63,256 nt of DNA from a virus. Numbering within the stretch: the first letter of the stretch is position 1; the number at the start of each line of letters is the position of its first letter. Under the pieces are notes generated by a model. The model was not told the origin of the DNA, did no database searches, and was given only the letters and a program-made list of their open reading frames with translations. The stretch covers positions 1 through 63,256 of IMG/VR virus record IMGVR_UViG_3300045988_135371, one strand, 5' to 3'. Position numbers and translations under genes: made by a program. Below, one piece after another: positions 32,604 through 42,169 of this stretch.

Positions 32604-33146
32604 TTATTTCTTTGTTTTAGATGTTTCAGCCACTCCGAGCTGCTCCATAAGCCGTTTGTTCAAATCCATAAGGTCGGACATGTTCTTGCTCATTTCTGCC
32701 ATTTGCCCTTTCAGAGAGGATATTTCCTGCTCCTGACGTTGTTTTTCTGCAAATTCAGGGTTCAAGAGCGTCAGTATCTTGTCACATCCCGCAATGACAG
32801 AGTTATGAAAGTCCATACTGTTGATGATGTCTATGCTTTTCTGCTTCATAGAAGCGACTTCGTTATTCATCGCATCACGAGAGCATGACACTACGATATT
32901 GCCGTTCTGTCCGAAGTCGGCTATATCCATGCCAGCAGGTAGATTTTGGAAAGTCGTGTTCTGCCCGTTGATGCAGACAACGACATCCACAACCATTTCC
33001 ATTTGAGGCAACTGCCCCATAGGGGGTGCCATAGGATATTTCGGCTTAGGAGCGGAAACGCTGACTACCGGACCGTATTCGATAAACGGGTTAGCATCCT
33101 TATGAAGTATATACAACTGGTTATTGGTACGAAGTGATTGAAACAT
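32604..33146 (-). CDS. Hypothetical protein with C-terminal coiled coil
   Basis: 180-aa ORF. Confidence 0.55.
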   Translation of the reverse strand: MFQSLRTNNQLYILHKDANPFIEYGPVVSVSAPKPKYPMAPPMGQLPQMEMVVDVVVCINGQNTTFQNLPAGMDIADFGQNGNIVVSCSRDAMNNEVASMKQKSIDIINSMDFHNSVIAGCDKILTLLNPEFAEKQRQEQEISSLKGQMAEMSKNMSDLMDLNKRLMEQLGVAETSKTKK

Positions 33147-33212
33147 ATTGGTTTGATTTTAAAAGGGTGTGGCTATTTCCATTTTGGAAACAACCACAAA
33201 GCCCCATGTTAA

Positions 33213-33629
33213 CTACTTGCTCTTTTGAGCGGTTGCTTCTGCTGTCGGCGCCGGTGTGGTGGTCGGACGATACCCGCCATTTACAAGGTACAGCTCATTG
33301 GTGTACTTGTTGTAGTGGATTTCGTAGATACCCATCCCGGCAAGGTTGCCGACAGTCACCGGCTCATTGTTGTAAGCCAGTAACGGTCTCGTGTCCCCAT
33401 TAGTCCCTATCAGTATCGGGAGCGTAGCGGTCGTGCCGGCAGGTATTGCCTGACGGAGACTTACATAGAAACCACCTACATAGTCCCTGTTACGGAACGC
33501 ATGATTAGGAAGTTCCAAAGTCACGTTCTCCGTGCCGACCGTTACGGCTACCGTAGGAAGGGTATTGTAGTTCACCCTGCCCAGTGAAGGAAATGGGAAG
33601 GGAAATCCTGTAAAAAAGTTAGGCCACAT
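33213..33629 (-). CDS. Hypothetical beta-rich protein
   Basis: Start taken at ATG 33629 (MWPNFF...). The track start at 33680 overlaps the upstream gene. Confidence 0.5.
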   Translation of the reverse strand: MWPNFFTGFPFPFPSLGRVNYNTLPTVAVTVGTENVTLELPNHAFRNRDYVGGFYVSLRQAIPAGTTATLPILIGTNGDTRPLLAYNNEPVTVGNLAGMGIYEIHYNKYTNELYLVNGGYRPTTTPAPTAEATAQKSK

Positions 33630-33652
33630 AATTACCTCCTTTCTTACCGGAA

Positions 33653-34645
33653 TTAACCCCAGTAGTTGTTGCATCCGCATCCGTAACCGACGCGACCGTA
33701 TGCGGCATCGCCGGCATAGGCGCCGAAAGCGGCTGCACGGTATGTGTCAAGGTTTACGCCGACAATGTTCGGGTATTGCACGGGAACAGTGTTGGGCAAC
33801 TTACATTTGATACCGTCAACGTCGCTCTGCAATGCCTGCAAGCCTGCTGCCAGAGGAGCAATCTGTTGCCCTACCGCATTCAGAATAGTGGCGTTCTGGT
33901 TACGTTGAGAGATTTCGGCAGTCAGAGTGGCTTTCTCTGCCGTGAGAGCGGCAATCTTGTCCTGCAATGCCTGGTTCTGCATGGCATCCAGCTTGGCAAT
34001 GATAGCCTGCGTATTGGCTGTTGCACCGTCACGCAATGACAAAGTGTTCTGGTTGGCCGTGTTGACCAAAGTGTTGGTCTGGTTGCACATGGCAAGCTGG
34101 TTCTCGTAGCCCATCGTCGTGATGGCATTCTGTGTCTTGCAGCAGCAGTCGGCCAACTGTGTCAGTACGGCCTGATTACCTGATTGGAAGGCGTTGATGA
34201 TTTGCTGCGAGGACATGCCGACCTGGTTGCCGACATTGGCGATAAGCCCCTGAATGTTGCACAATGCGCTTTGTAACTGTTGGGTAGAGCAGTTCAAAGA
34301 AGAAGCAAGCTGGTTGATGGCATTGCCATTGCCCTGAATGGCTGACATCAGGTATTCACGACCGACATCACCGTTAAGCTCGGCAGGCAGACCGCCGCCA
34401 TTGCCCAAGCGGTTACCGAAGCCGTTACCGCCCCAACAGAACCACAAAAGGATAATCCAGATGAACCACATTCCGCTTCCACCCCACATGTCTTGGTTGT
34501 TACGTCCCTGGTTCAGTAAAGCGAGAAGTCCGGGGTCTACACCCTTGCTTCCCATCAAGTTGGGCAACATAGCCATGATGTCGAACTTGCTTCCGCCACC
34601 ATTTCCGTTGTTCCCGTCTTGATTGAAGACATACGTTCTTTCCAT
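33653..34645 (-). CDS. Gly/Asn/Gln-rich membrane protein with long helical region and Cys clusters
   Basis: TM segment MWFIWIILLWFCWGG, Q/N/A-rich helices, CCC triplet, C-terminal GYGCGCNNYWG. The local GC is much higher than the phage average. Confidence 0.55.
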   Translation of the reverse strand: MERTYVFNQDGNNGNGGGSKFDIMAMLPNLMGSKGVDPGLLALLNQGRNNQDMWGGSGMWFIWIILLWFCWGGNGFGNRLGNGGGLPAELNGDVGREYLMSAIQGNGNAINQLASSLNCSTQQLQSALCNIQGLIANVGNQVGMSSQQIINAFQSGNQAVLTQLADCCCKTQNAITTMGYENQLAMCNQTNTLVNTANQNTLSLRDGATANTQAIIAKLDAMQNQALQDKIAALTAEKATLTAEISQRNQNATILNAVGQQIAPLAAGLQALQSDVDGIKCKLPNTVPVQYPNIVGVNLDTYRAAAFGAYAGDAAYGRVGYGCGCNNYWG

Positions 34646-34718
34646 AGAGATTTATATTTTGTATTACGGTCAAAATCAACCGCATCACAAAAGTATAAAT
34701 ACGTAATCTGCCATGAAA

Positions 34719-35012
34719 TCAGTTGTTTCCCAACGATTTCTTTATATTTTCCCAATATATTCTCAACATTTTCCCACCTTCCATACGCTCCTGGAAATTG
34801 GAAATCATGTAGTTTATCGCACGCTTGGTCTTGTGAATTTGTAAGGCTATCTGCGACGGATACATGCCCCTTTCAACCAATAGCCGGACAAGCAGATAGC
34901 GGGCGTCTACGGTTTCCGTATCCTTATCCGAGGATAGTATTCGGCTGGCGGGTATTTCGGTCTCCTGCGAGACGAGATTAAGTGTTTCGGCAAAGATTTC
35001 TGATTTACACAT
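34719..35012 (-). CDS. Small DnaA-C-terminal-like HTH protein (possible regulator)
   Basis: EIPASRILSSDKDTETVDARYLLVRLLVERGMYPSQIALQIHKTKRAINYMISNF resembles the DnaA domain IV pattern. Start taken at ATG 35012. Confidence 0.45.
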   Translation of the reverse strand: MCKSEIFAETLNLVSQETEIPASRILSSDKDTETVDARYLLVRLLVERGMYPSQIALQIHKTKRAINYMISNFQERMEGGKMLRIYWENIKKSLGNN

Positions 35013-35243
35013 AGTTTTTCTGAATTTTATATTTATCTTTGCCCTGCCACATAGAACATGAGATTCAATGAACAAAGCATAAGACAATGCGTTGAAGATA
35101 TTAAAGCCTCCAACGTGCATTGTCTTATGCTTATCATGTTTTTATGTGGCAATATTAACGTGAAACGTTGGGGGCTTTCTTTTTACTCTAAGCCCCCGAA
35201 AGAGCGCCAGCTTAAGCCGACTTCTACATCGTTAATTTCTTTC

Positions 35244-35705
35244 TTACCATACGAATATATTATAGCTCACCCCAACCCCGCCATACCAACCACCCGGATA
35301 ACCATATCCGGCTTGCAACCCCAATCCCCAACGCTTCTTCTTCGACTTGACAACCACCGGATGATAGATGTCGTTCGTCACAGTCTGATAGACCGTCCTC
35401 GGATATACAGTCATACTATCCATCCGAGGGTCTACATATCCGCTCACCACTGCCCGATACAGACTATCTTCATACACAACCCGTTTGCGATGAAGCAAGG
35501 TATCACCTATCCGTATAGTATCATTCGGCAATATCTGCCAAAAGACGGCTATCGGTGCAGAGATAAGAACCGTATCAAGTTCGACAACCGTCTGTATCTT
35601 CGGCTCGGTACGGATTTCCGCCGACAAAGGCTCGAGCGGACGGAACCAAGCCGCCACACAAGCGATTACCAGCAACACAACTAATATCCACGGTAACTTT
35701 CTCAT
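35244..35705 (-). CDS. Signal-anchored protein with Gly/Tyr-rich C-terminus
   Basis: MRKLPWILVVLLVIACVAAW, C-terminal WGLGLQAGYGYPGGWYGGVGVSYNIFVW. The track start is TTG, and the ATG at 35705 gives an ATGA overlap. Confidence 0.55.
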   Translation of the reverse strand: MRKLPWILVVLLVIACVAAWFRPLEPLSAEIRTEPKIQTVVELDTVLISAPIAVFWQILPNDTIRIGDTLLHRKRVVYEDSLYRAVVSGYVDPRMDSMTVYPRTVYQTVTNDIYHPVVVKSKKKRWGLGLQAGYGYPGGWYGGVGVSYNIFVW

Positions 35706-37087
35706 ATCTTTTTCCAATTATCCTTTAACCAAGTGATTTCATCTTCGGTAAAGCTGCGGTCGGCGATGATGATTTTGCCGTGGCAGCCGACATACTCTCC
35801 TTTCAACTGTCCACCTATAAGCAATATATCGCCATCTGATGAAGTGCCTACACCAATAACTTTCCCGTTATAAGATTGCTTTGTCTGGTAAGTTATACCA
35901 CTCTTACCTATTAAATCATCAATATTGGTACTTTGTGAGTATGAAAATGTCTCACTAGATAACGAAGCATTAACCTTCTCAAAATTAAATGCACAATTAG
36001 GCCAGATATTACCTTTAGTAATAAAAACTCGATTACCCTCATTATCAAACCACGTCCTATCCGCCATCACCGTGTAATCCGTTAATATCGGGAAGCCGTA
36101 GCACACTGCGTACATCTTGCCGTCGTAGCAGAGCTGGTCGGGGCAGTCGGGGATTTGCTCAATTGTAATATTAAAATCTACATCTTTACTGATAATAAAC
36201 ATATTTGTCGCGGCAATGCTACCATCAGCATTTGTATAATCAATTTCATTTATTCCATTATGTAATAATATAGAAACGTTTTTCTTATTAATTCTATCAT
36301 AATATTTATAATATAGATTTGTTCCATCCGGTATATTACTAATTTTAGCAGTAAATTTATCTGTAAAAGTATGAGCACATAGATTTTTAGTATCAGGAGC
36401 TTTTTTAATTACAAGTTTGTTATGATAATATTCAACAGTATTAAATGATGGGTAAAATCTCCATGATGTAAAATCAACCTTATAAAGCCCCATCCCGCTA
36501 TTCAACTTCCCCTTGCCACCGTACAGGTAGGCGTGGTTGCCGTTGCCGCTAAGGTCTTGGAGTATAGAGGTGGGGAGTTGGGTTATAGTAATGTTACAAT
36601 TATCAGTTATATAAGTTCCAAATCCAACATACAAGTTTCTATTTTTTATAATATAAATGCCATCAGTTGTATAAGTATGTAATCTAACCCATTTATTATC
36701 TACATATTGATTAACCGTTAAAGGATTATCTTTACTAATTCCTGTAACATAGATTTTAATATCATCATACGGTGATTTATTATCTTCAATAATATTTTGT
36801 ATATTACTGAATGATTTTGTGATGATAATTTTATTTGTAGTAACAGTTGCGGTTCCTCTACTACTAAGATAATGCCAAGTTGTAAAATCTTCTACATACG
36901 CCTCTATCACATCATAGTTAGTCATACCTTGCTTCGCGGGGTCATAGATAGCCTTGATAGATTCTTTTAAACCCGCCGGCCATGCAAGGCCACCGCCCGA
37001 AGCAGAGGGGAAACCGACAGACGGGATGCCGATAGCAGGCAAGCCGATTACGGGGATAGTGATGTTGGGGATCGTGATTGGGTTCAT
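35702..37087 (-). CDS. Putative receptor-binding / LamG-like jelly-roll protein
   Basis: The DLSGNGNHAYLYGG motif is typical of LamG-type phage proteins. Ile/Pro/Gly-rich N-terminus. Confidence 0.4.
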   Translation of the reverse strand: MNPITIPNITIPVIGLPAIGIPSVGFPSASGGGLAWPAGLKESIKAIYDPAKQGMTNYDVIEAYVEDFTTWHYLSSRGTATVTTNKIIITKSFSNIQNIIEDNKSPYDDIKIYVTGISKDNPLTVNQYVDNKWVRLHTYTTDGIYIIKNRNLYVGFGTYITDNCNITITQLPTSILQDLSGNGNHAYLYGGKGKLNSGMGLYKVDFTSWRFYPSFNTVEYYHNKLVIKKAPDTKNLCAHTFTDKFTAKISNIPDGTNLYYKYYDRINKKNVSILLHNGINEIDYTNADGSIAATNMFIISKDVDFNITIEQIPDCPDQLCYDGKMYAVCYGFPILTDYTVMADRTWFDNEGNRVFITKGNIWPNCAFNFEKVNASLSSETFSYSQSTNIDDLIGKSGITYQTKQSYNGKVIGVGTSSDGDILLIGGQLKGEYVGCHGKIIIADRSFTEDEITWLKDNWKKI

Positions 37088-37090
37088 AGG

Positions 37091-37381
37091 CTATTCCTCT
37101 TTAATCATCTTAGCTTCTAATACTTCGGTAGCACTTCCGATTGTAATGTTTATGCCATTTGCTATCCCTACGATACGGAAAATCGTATTGGACGCACCGT
37201 TATATTGGGATGCATTGGGGTAAAGAGGAGCAGGCTCCAAATCATCGATTCCCGCAAAGGCGGTAACTAACCCGCCCTTATTCTTTATCTGTATGGTAAC
37301 GGGATTGCCGTCGCTGACAAATGTTGCGTAATACGCGTTCTCGCTTTCGTTCTTTTCAAATGATAAAATTTCTGCTGCCAT
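37091..37381 (-). CDS. Hypothetical protein
   Basis: 96-aa ORF. Confidence 0.5.
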   Translation of the reverse strand: MAAEILSFEKNESENAYYATFVSDGNPVTIQIKNKGGLVTAFAGIDDLEPAPLYPNASQYNGASNTIFRIVGIANGINITIGSATEVLEAKMIKEE

Positions 37382-37386
37382 GATGT

Positions 37387-37974
37387 TTACTTTTTAGAGT
37401 TATTCAAATAGTTCATAATTCCCTGTACATGCAGGTTAACTATTGCCCGTTTGCCCTCTTCCGATAATAAGAAGTCAACATCTTCTCTATTGTCTTGGAA
37501 CAGGTTCTCTGTAAGGACTGCTGGGCACTTTGTGTGCTTCAGGATATAAAACCCACTTTCCTTATCAGGGTCGCCGTCTGACATATCCTTGCGTATCTTC
37601 GTGCCCGGCAAAAGTCGTCCGGCTGCCGCATATAAGCTATCAGCTAATTTATCAGCTTTCGTCTGACCTATGGAAGTCCATGCTTCCCAGCCACGTGCCT
37701 GCATCCATTCCGAACCGTTACCCGCTGCATTGCAATGAATAGAAACAAGAAGTGTATCACTCGCTTTGTATTCGTTTGCCCGGCGGCAGCGTTCGGATAA
37801 AGGAACGTCTATTTCTTCTTTGACGATGCGTTCGGCATCAATGCCTTTCTTTCGCAGTTCCGCTTCCAATCGTACGGCAATCTCACGAGCATACGCATAT
37901 TCTTTCAATCTTCCGTCCGGTGAACACTTGCCCGGAGTGTTGCTTCCGTGTCCGTTATCAATCAATACTTTCAT
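37387..37974 (-). CDS. N-acetylmuramoyl-L-alanine amidase (Amidase_3) endolysin
   Basis: MKVLIDNGHGSNTPGK, SIHCNAAG and ILKHTKCPAVLTENLF. Start taken at the domain-consistent ATG 37974. Confidence 0.85.
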   Translation of the reverse strand: MKVLIDNGHGSNTPGKCSPDGRLKEYAYAREIAVRLEAELRKKGIDAERIVKEEIDVPLSERCRRANEYKASDTLLVSIHCNAAGNGSEWMQARGWEAWTSIGQTKADKLADSLYAAAGRLLPGTKIRKDMSDGDPDKESGFYILKHTKCPAVLTENLFQDNREDVDFLLSEEGKRAIVNLHVQGIMNYLNNSKK

Positions 37975-38155
37975 CCTGTACGTCCCCCTTGAAGTATTTG
38001 TCATAAACCACACGAGCCACCCAACCGACAACAGCGCCGACACCGAATGACACAACAGTAGTCAAGTTTACCCAAAACGGAGTGTAGTGCATGTAAAGCA
38101 TAACTCCCACGATGATAGCGATAACAATCGCTGCGATAATCAATTTCTTTTTCAT
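37958..38155 (-). CDS. Small two-TM protein (holin/antiholin-like)
   Basis: Two hydrophobic segments. Lies between the holin and the amidase. Confidence 0.5.
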   Translation of the reverse strand: MKKKLIIAAIVIAIIVGVMLYMHYTPFWVNLTTVVSFGVGAVVGWVARVVYDKYFKGDVQDESID

Positions 38156-38159
38156 TTTG

Positions 38160-38618
38160 TTACTCCTTATCTTTAGTTATTATTTCACTCATATCTTCTT
38201 TCTCAACATCGAGTACTTTTTTACCGAATAGTCCTAATGCTTTTAGTAAGTTGAAATTATATCCTTTGGGCTTTAGAATGTTACTTATAATAGAGCAGAA
38301 CTCTATAAAGCAGACAAACAGGCATGAATACACATCAATATTCCACTTGCTTCCGGAAGCGATGTTTATCATCACCACCATACATACAAAAGCGAAGTAA
38401 GTCACCATCTTACCCATAGTCCTGCGGATAGCACTGGAAAAGCGCACTTCTTCGCCCATCAACAGGCTTTTCCTCACTCCAAATGCCAAGTCACACACTA
38501 CGACTGAAAATGTCACTATCAGCCACGGTATCATGTGTTCCAATGACTGCATAATAAAGCTACTCGCTATTACCGAAAATCCCCCAGGTATGCTTTGGGT
38601 AATAATGTTATTCTGCAT
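38160..38618 (-). CDS. Phage holin (holin_4 family-like)
   Basis: Multiple TM segments and CDLAFGVRKSLLMGEEVRFSSAIRRTMGKMVTYF, as in the holin family 4 signature. Confidence 0.65.
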   Translation of the reverse strand: MQNNIITQSIPGGFSVIASSFIMQSLEHMIPWLIVTFSVVVCDLAFGVRKSLLMGEEVRFSSAIRRTMGKMVTYFAFVCMVVMINIASGSKWNIDVYSCLFVCFIEFCSIISNILKPKGYNFNLLKALGLFGKKVLDVEKEDMSEIITKDKE

Positions 38619-38717
38619 CTTATCGTTACTTTTACAATTATCCGTATCTTTGTGCCGTTCACAGCGGTATGTAATTACCGCTATTCCCGTTTTGCTCGTG
38701 AGAGTAGGACGGGATTT

Positions 38718-39170
38718 TTATATCTTGCCGTAATAATGGAACCACGCTCCCCACTTCCGTTCCTTCAGGTAGTTTGGATTGTCTTGGTTAAGTTTGGCTT
38801 CCATCTCAAATGCGCTCGCTCGATAGGCGTTATTGTTTACCTTGCCGCCACCTATCCGTTCATCCGTGGACAAGTGGTACACGAAGCTCACAAACCATTC
38901 AGCAAAATACAGAATGTAATAGAATAGCGGGATAAGGAGCAACCACCACGCACTGACATGGAACGCCAACAATACGGACGGGATAGCCGCTATCTCCATG
39001 CACTCGAAGAACTGTTTCTGATGTGTACGCTCATGGCGTTCTATCTCGGCGGTTATCTCTTTCAGAATGGATAAGATAAAGCCGAAGAACATTATCGTTG
39101 TGTAGTTACCAAACAAAATCATTTTGGCGAGCCAGTTGTCTAAGTAGATTGTTTTCATATCAAATAGCAT
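38718..39170 (-). CDS. Polytopic membrane protein with HExxH (HERTH) motif
   Basis: EIERHERTHQKQ precedes further TM helices. An alternative start is at 39158. Confidence 0.45.
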   Translation of the reverse strand: MLFDMKTIYLDNWLAKMILFGNYTTIMFFGFILSILKEITAEIERHERTHQKQFFECMEIAAIPSVLLAFHVSAWWLLLIPLFYYILYFAEWFVSFVYHLSTDERIGGGKVNNNAYRASAFEMEAKLNQDNPNYLKERKWGAWFHYYGKI

Positions 39171-39597
39171 TAAATATTAATAGCACTGTGAAATACTTTG
39201 TCCAGTTTATACAATTAAATCCATTTTCAACTGTTACATCTTCAAATACAATTTGGGGATTACCAGCCCCATTGTCAACATGAGCCGATAAACATCTAAC
39301 GTCTATATCACCGTCATTATAAACATTATAGTCCATTACTTCTGCATTTAAACTATACCATTCTATGTGGCGTGCAGGAATGATAGTCGGAGAGCCTTCT
39401 CTTTCAAGAGTTATTCCATCATTATCACTAAAGTTGGCAATCAAAATCCTACTTGCATAGGCTTGATTTTCAAAATCAGATGCAATGGTAATCTCCTTTA
39501 GTAAATTTGCTACTCCACCACCCAAGATTTCAGTACTACCCACAAACAGCCCAGCTCCAGCCGAACCAACTCTAAGATTACTATTTTCGTTACTCAT
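39160..39597 (-). CDS. Hypothetical structural protein (fibre-associated?)
   Basis: 145-aa ORF directly after the fibre gene. Confidence 0.5.
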   Translation of the reverse strand: MSNENSNLRVGSAGAGLFVGSTEILGGGVANLLKEITIASDFENQAYASRILIANFSDNDGITLEREGSPTIIPARHIEWYSLNAEVMDYNVYNDGDIDVRCLSAHVDNGAGNPQIVFEDVTVENGFNCINWTKYFTVLLIFNAI

Positions 39598-39607
39598 AAT
39601 TGTTGTT

Positions 39608-41566
39608 TTAATCGGTTACACAATATGCTGTATTGGCATCCTTAGAGCCAATAGCCTCGTATTCGGTGGCGGTTTTCTTGGTGATGGTGGTGAGGTTGTC
39701 GGAAGTCACAAGTTTTCTTCTTGTTAAATCTACACTATTAGAAAAAGCATAAATGACACCATCTTCTATCATCAGATAAAGAGAAAGAGTTGCCACTATG
39801 GTTAAACCGTTAAAAACTATACCTGTATAGTAATATTCGGGACTGCCTCCGGGTTGACAGTAAAAATAACGAGTAGCAAAAGCGTCATATTCTTCTTCTA
39901 TATAATTTCCATTATCTTCATAACTAAGATAATAAGTCAAAGCTAAATTCTTATTAGATTCAGCAATTTCAATAAGTTTTTCTTTTTGCTGTTCTGTAAG
40001 GTTATCAAGTGTAAGATTCGGTACAATACCCCAGGCTTGTACATCATGTTCATCCACATACTTCTTCGTCGCTGGCTGATAAGGCTTCGTAGGCGTATAT
40101 TCCGTTTCATTGCCTTTGGTGAGCACATCTGACTTTTCGGGAACTTTCACCCAATCCCCATTCTTACGACCGTAGGCGTTACCGTTAGAGGGGGCTTCGG
40201 TCAGTAAAGTTATCTCATTCTTAGCATACGTTGCGTTTCCACTCGATAAAGTGATAATAACGGAAAATGCACTATTAGCGGCATTAAATGTAACTCCTAT
40301 ACTTGCATTGTCGTTATCCGTATACGAAGCCATGACCAACGAAGAAATATAGCTTACTTTCCCGGAAGATATCACGGGTACCACCACAACAACATCTTCA
40401 TTATATGCTTTTTTAGCAATTTCCAAGAATGCGTCCTTTCCACCGAAAGCATTCAAAATTTCATCGGATGTAGATTGACTTGTCAGCCTCATAGCTTCAG
40501 CAGGAATAACTACCACATTCCCAGAACCGCCGCCCGCTATCTTCCCTTGATTAGCCCAGTCGCCGTTCACCCATGCGTAGTAATCGTAAGGAGCTTCCGT
40601 ACCTACGGCCATGAAACCGTCAACTGCCGAACCATCGGGTACGGCAGACTTCAAGGCTTCAAGGGTGGCGTATTCGCCGGAGACACGGAAAGGAGCACCG
40701 GGATTACCGCGGGGAATGGCGAAATTCAGCTTGTATTTCGGGTTTCCGCCTTCATCCGTTCCGTCACTTGACACCGTGGCTGTAGCGGATGCCCCTGCTT
40801 CAAGCGTAGTAACCGTCCCCATTGAAAACTGTGGTGTCTTGCCCGTAAAACCGATAGCACCGGACATATCGACAAGGAACTCAAAGTCACCATCAGCCTT
40901 GACATACAATTTTGCATTGTCGGGGTCTTCAACATCACCCGTATTCACCAATACAAAATCACCTTCTGTAATATCCGGATTGCTCTTATCGGCTTCCATG
41001 TTAGCAACTGAAGCATATACCTTCTTGATAGAGAAAGCATCGCCTTTGGTGTAGATGTCTGTCTTGTCGTATGCTTGGGCGGTCTTGTTCCATTTGTAGA
41101 CATAGTGGTCTGTACCTATATAGGTAGGGTGTTCTGCGGTGTCGTTAGCATTGGCCGCTGCGGTATCAGCAAGTACCGCCTTTTCATTGGCATTTGAGGC
41201 GGCGTTGTTTGCGGATTGAGTAGCCACTTCCGCTCCTTCTTTAGCTGCGTTGGCATCGGACGCAGCTTGTGCCGCCAGCTCTGCTTTCTCATTGGCCGTA
41301 TTTGCGGCTGTCTGTGCTGCGGTGGCGTTACTTTCTGCTTCAGTAGCGGCTGCATTTGCCTTATCAGCGGCATCCAAAGCGGGAGCGGCTAACAATTCAA
41401 GTGGGGCACGTACAATGCTCGGCATGTCCTGCCCCTCTACCTCTTGATATGCAGGTAATGATGTAATACCGTCCAAGCTCTCTGCTTCCGGTACATCGCC
41501 AACGCCTTGTGAACCTTTTTTTAATTCATCTTCTATTTCTCGTAAATCCTGTTCAGTCCAAGCCAT
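39608..41566 (-). CDS. Tail fibre protein
   Basis: Ala/Asn-rich repeats AAATEAESNATAAQTAANTANEKAELAAQAASDANAAKEGAE, typical of fibre shafts. 652 aa. Confidence 0.65.
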   Translation of the reverse strand: MAWTEQDLREIEDELKKGSQGVGDVPEAESLDGITSLPAYQEVEGQDMPSIVRAPLELLAAPALDAADKANAAATEAESNATAAQTAANTANEKAELAAQAASDANAAKEGAEVATQSANNAASNANEKAVLADTAAANANDTAEHPTYIGTDHYVYKWNKTAQAYDKTDIYTKGDAFSIKKVYASVANMEADKSNPDITEGDFVLVNTGDVEDPDNAKLYVKADGDFEFLVDMSGAIGFTGKTPQFSMGTVTTLEAGASATATVSSDGTDEGGNPKYKLNFAIPRGNPGAPFRVSGEYATLEALKSAVPDGSAVDGFMAVGTEAPYDYYAWVNGDWANQGKIAGGGSGNVVVIPAEAMRLTSQSTSDEILNAFGGKDAFLEIAKKAYNEDVVVVVPVISSGKVSYISSLVMASYTDNDNASIGVTFNAANSAFSVIITLSSGNATYAKNEITLLTEAPSNGNAYGRKNGDWVKVPEKSDVLTKGNETEYTPTKPYQPATKKYVDEHDVQAWGIVPNLTLDNLTEQQKEKLIEIAESNKNLALTYYLSYEDNGNYIEEEYDAFATRYFYCQPGGSPEYYYTGIVFNGLTIVATLSLYLMIEDGVIYAFSNSVDLTRRKLVTSDNLTTITKKTATEYEAIGSKDANTAYCVTD

Positions 41567-41574
41567 AACGCAAA

Positions 41575-41844
41575 TTATTTATTTAGTATTTCGACAGAGT
41601 CATTGATTGCATTGTCAAATATCTGTTTCATTTCTTCTGCTGTCAATTCATTATTCTCTCTAAAAGAAAGCCCTAAAACACCATTGGCGGAAACATTGTA
41701 GAACCCCACAATAGTATCTCCCTTTACTATATTGGCTGTCATAGCACTAACTTTTTCAGATTTATCTACAGACATGTTGTATTTGATACGTATGTCATCA
41801 GAAACTCTTGTTGTTCCTTTTTTATTAACATTTGTAATTTCCAT
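41575..41844 (-). CDS. Hypothetical tail-region protein
   Basis: 89-aa ORF. Confidence 0.5.
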   Translation of the reverse strand: MEITNVNKKGTTRVSDDIRIKYNMSVDKSEKVSAMTANIVKGDTIVGFYNVSANGVLGLSFRENNELTAEEMKQIFDNAINDSVEILNK

Positions 41845-42149
41845 TATTTCCCCTCAATTAAATTAATTACTTGTACATAGCCGCCGGGATTAAGAGATGC
41901 AACTGCCTCTTTAATCATTGCTGCTTCTTCGATGTTTAATTCCATTTCGTCTGTAGCTTTATAAATACGTATACTTAAATCGTATGCCATAACCTTTTCT
42001 TCCGGCTTAGCATTTGCTTTTTTTTCAAGCCATTTCCCGCTAAATAACAATGCGGAAACTACATTTTTAATTAATTGCGGAGTACCATTATCTTCTATAA
42101 TAACTTCTCCTTTGTAATTTTTGAAGGGTTGATTAAAATTGACTTTCAT
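41844..42149 (-). CDS. Hypothetical tail-region protein
   Basis: 101-aa ORF, 1-nt overlap with the next gene. Confidence 0.5.
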   Translation of the reverse strand: MKVNFNQPFKNYKGEVIIEDNGTPQLIKNVVSALLFSGKWLEKKANAKPEEKVMAYDLSIRIYKATDEMELNIEEAAMIKEAVASLNPGGYVQVINLIEGK

Positions 42150-42169
42150 ATATTGTAAAGTTAAAGTGT

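Noticed and set aside
35058-35684. 208-aa plus-strand ORF overlapping the signal-anchored gene 35244-35705
   Set aside because: The sequence is Arg/His/Pro-rich and not protein-like. The minus-strand ORF has a clear signal anchor and ATGA coupling with its upstream gene.
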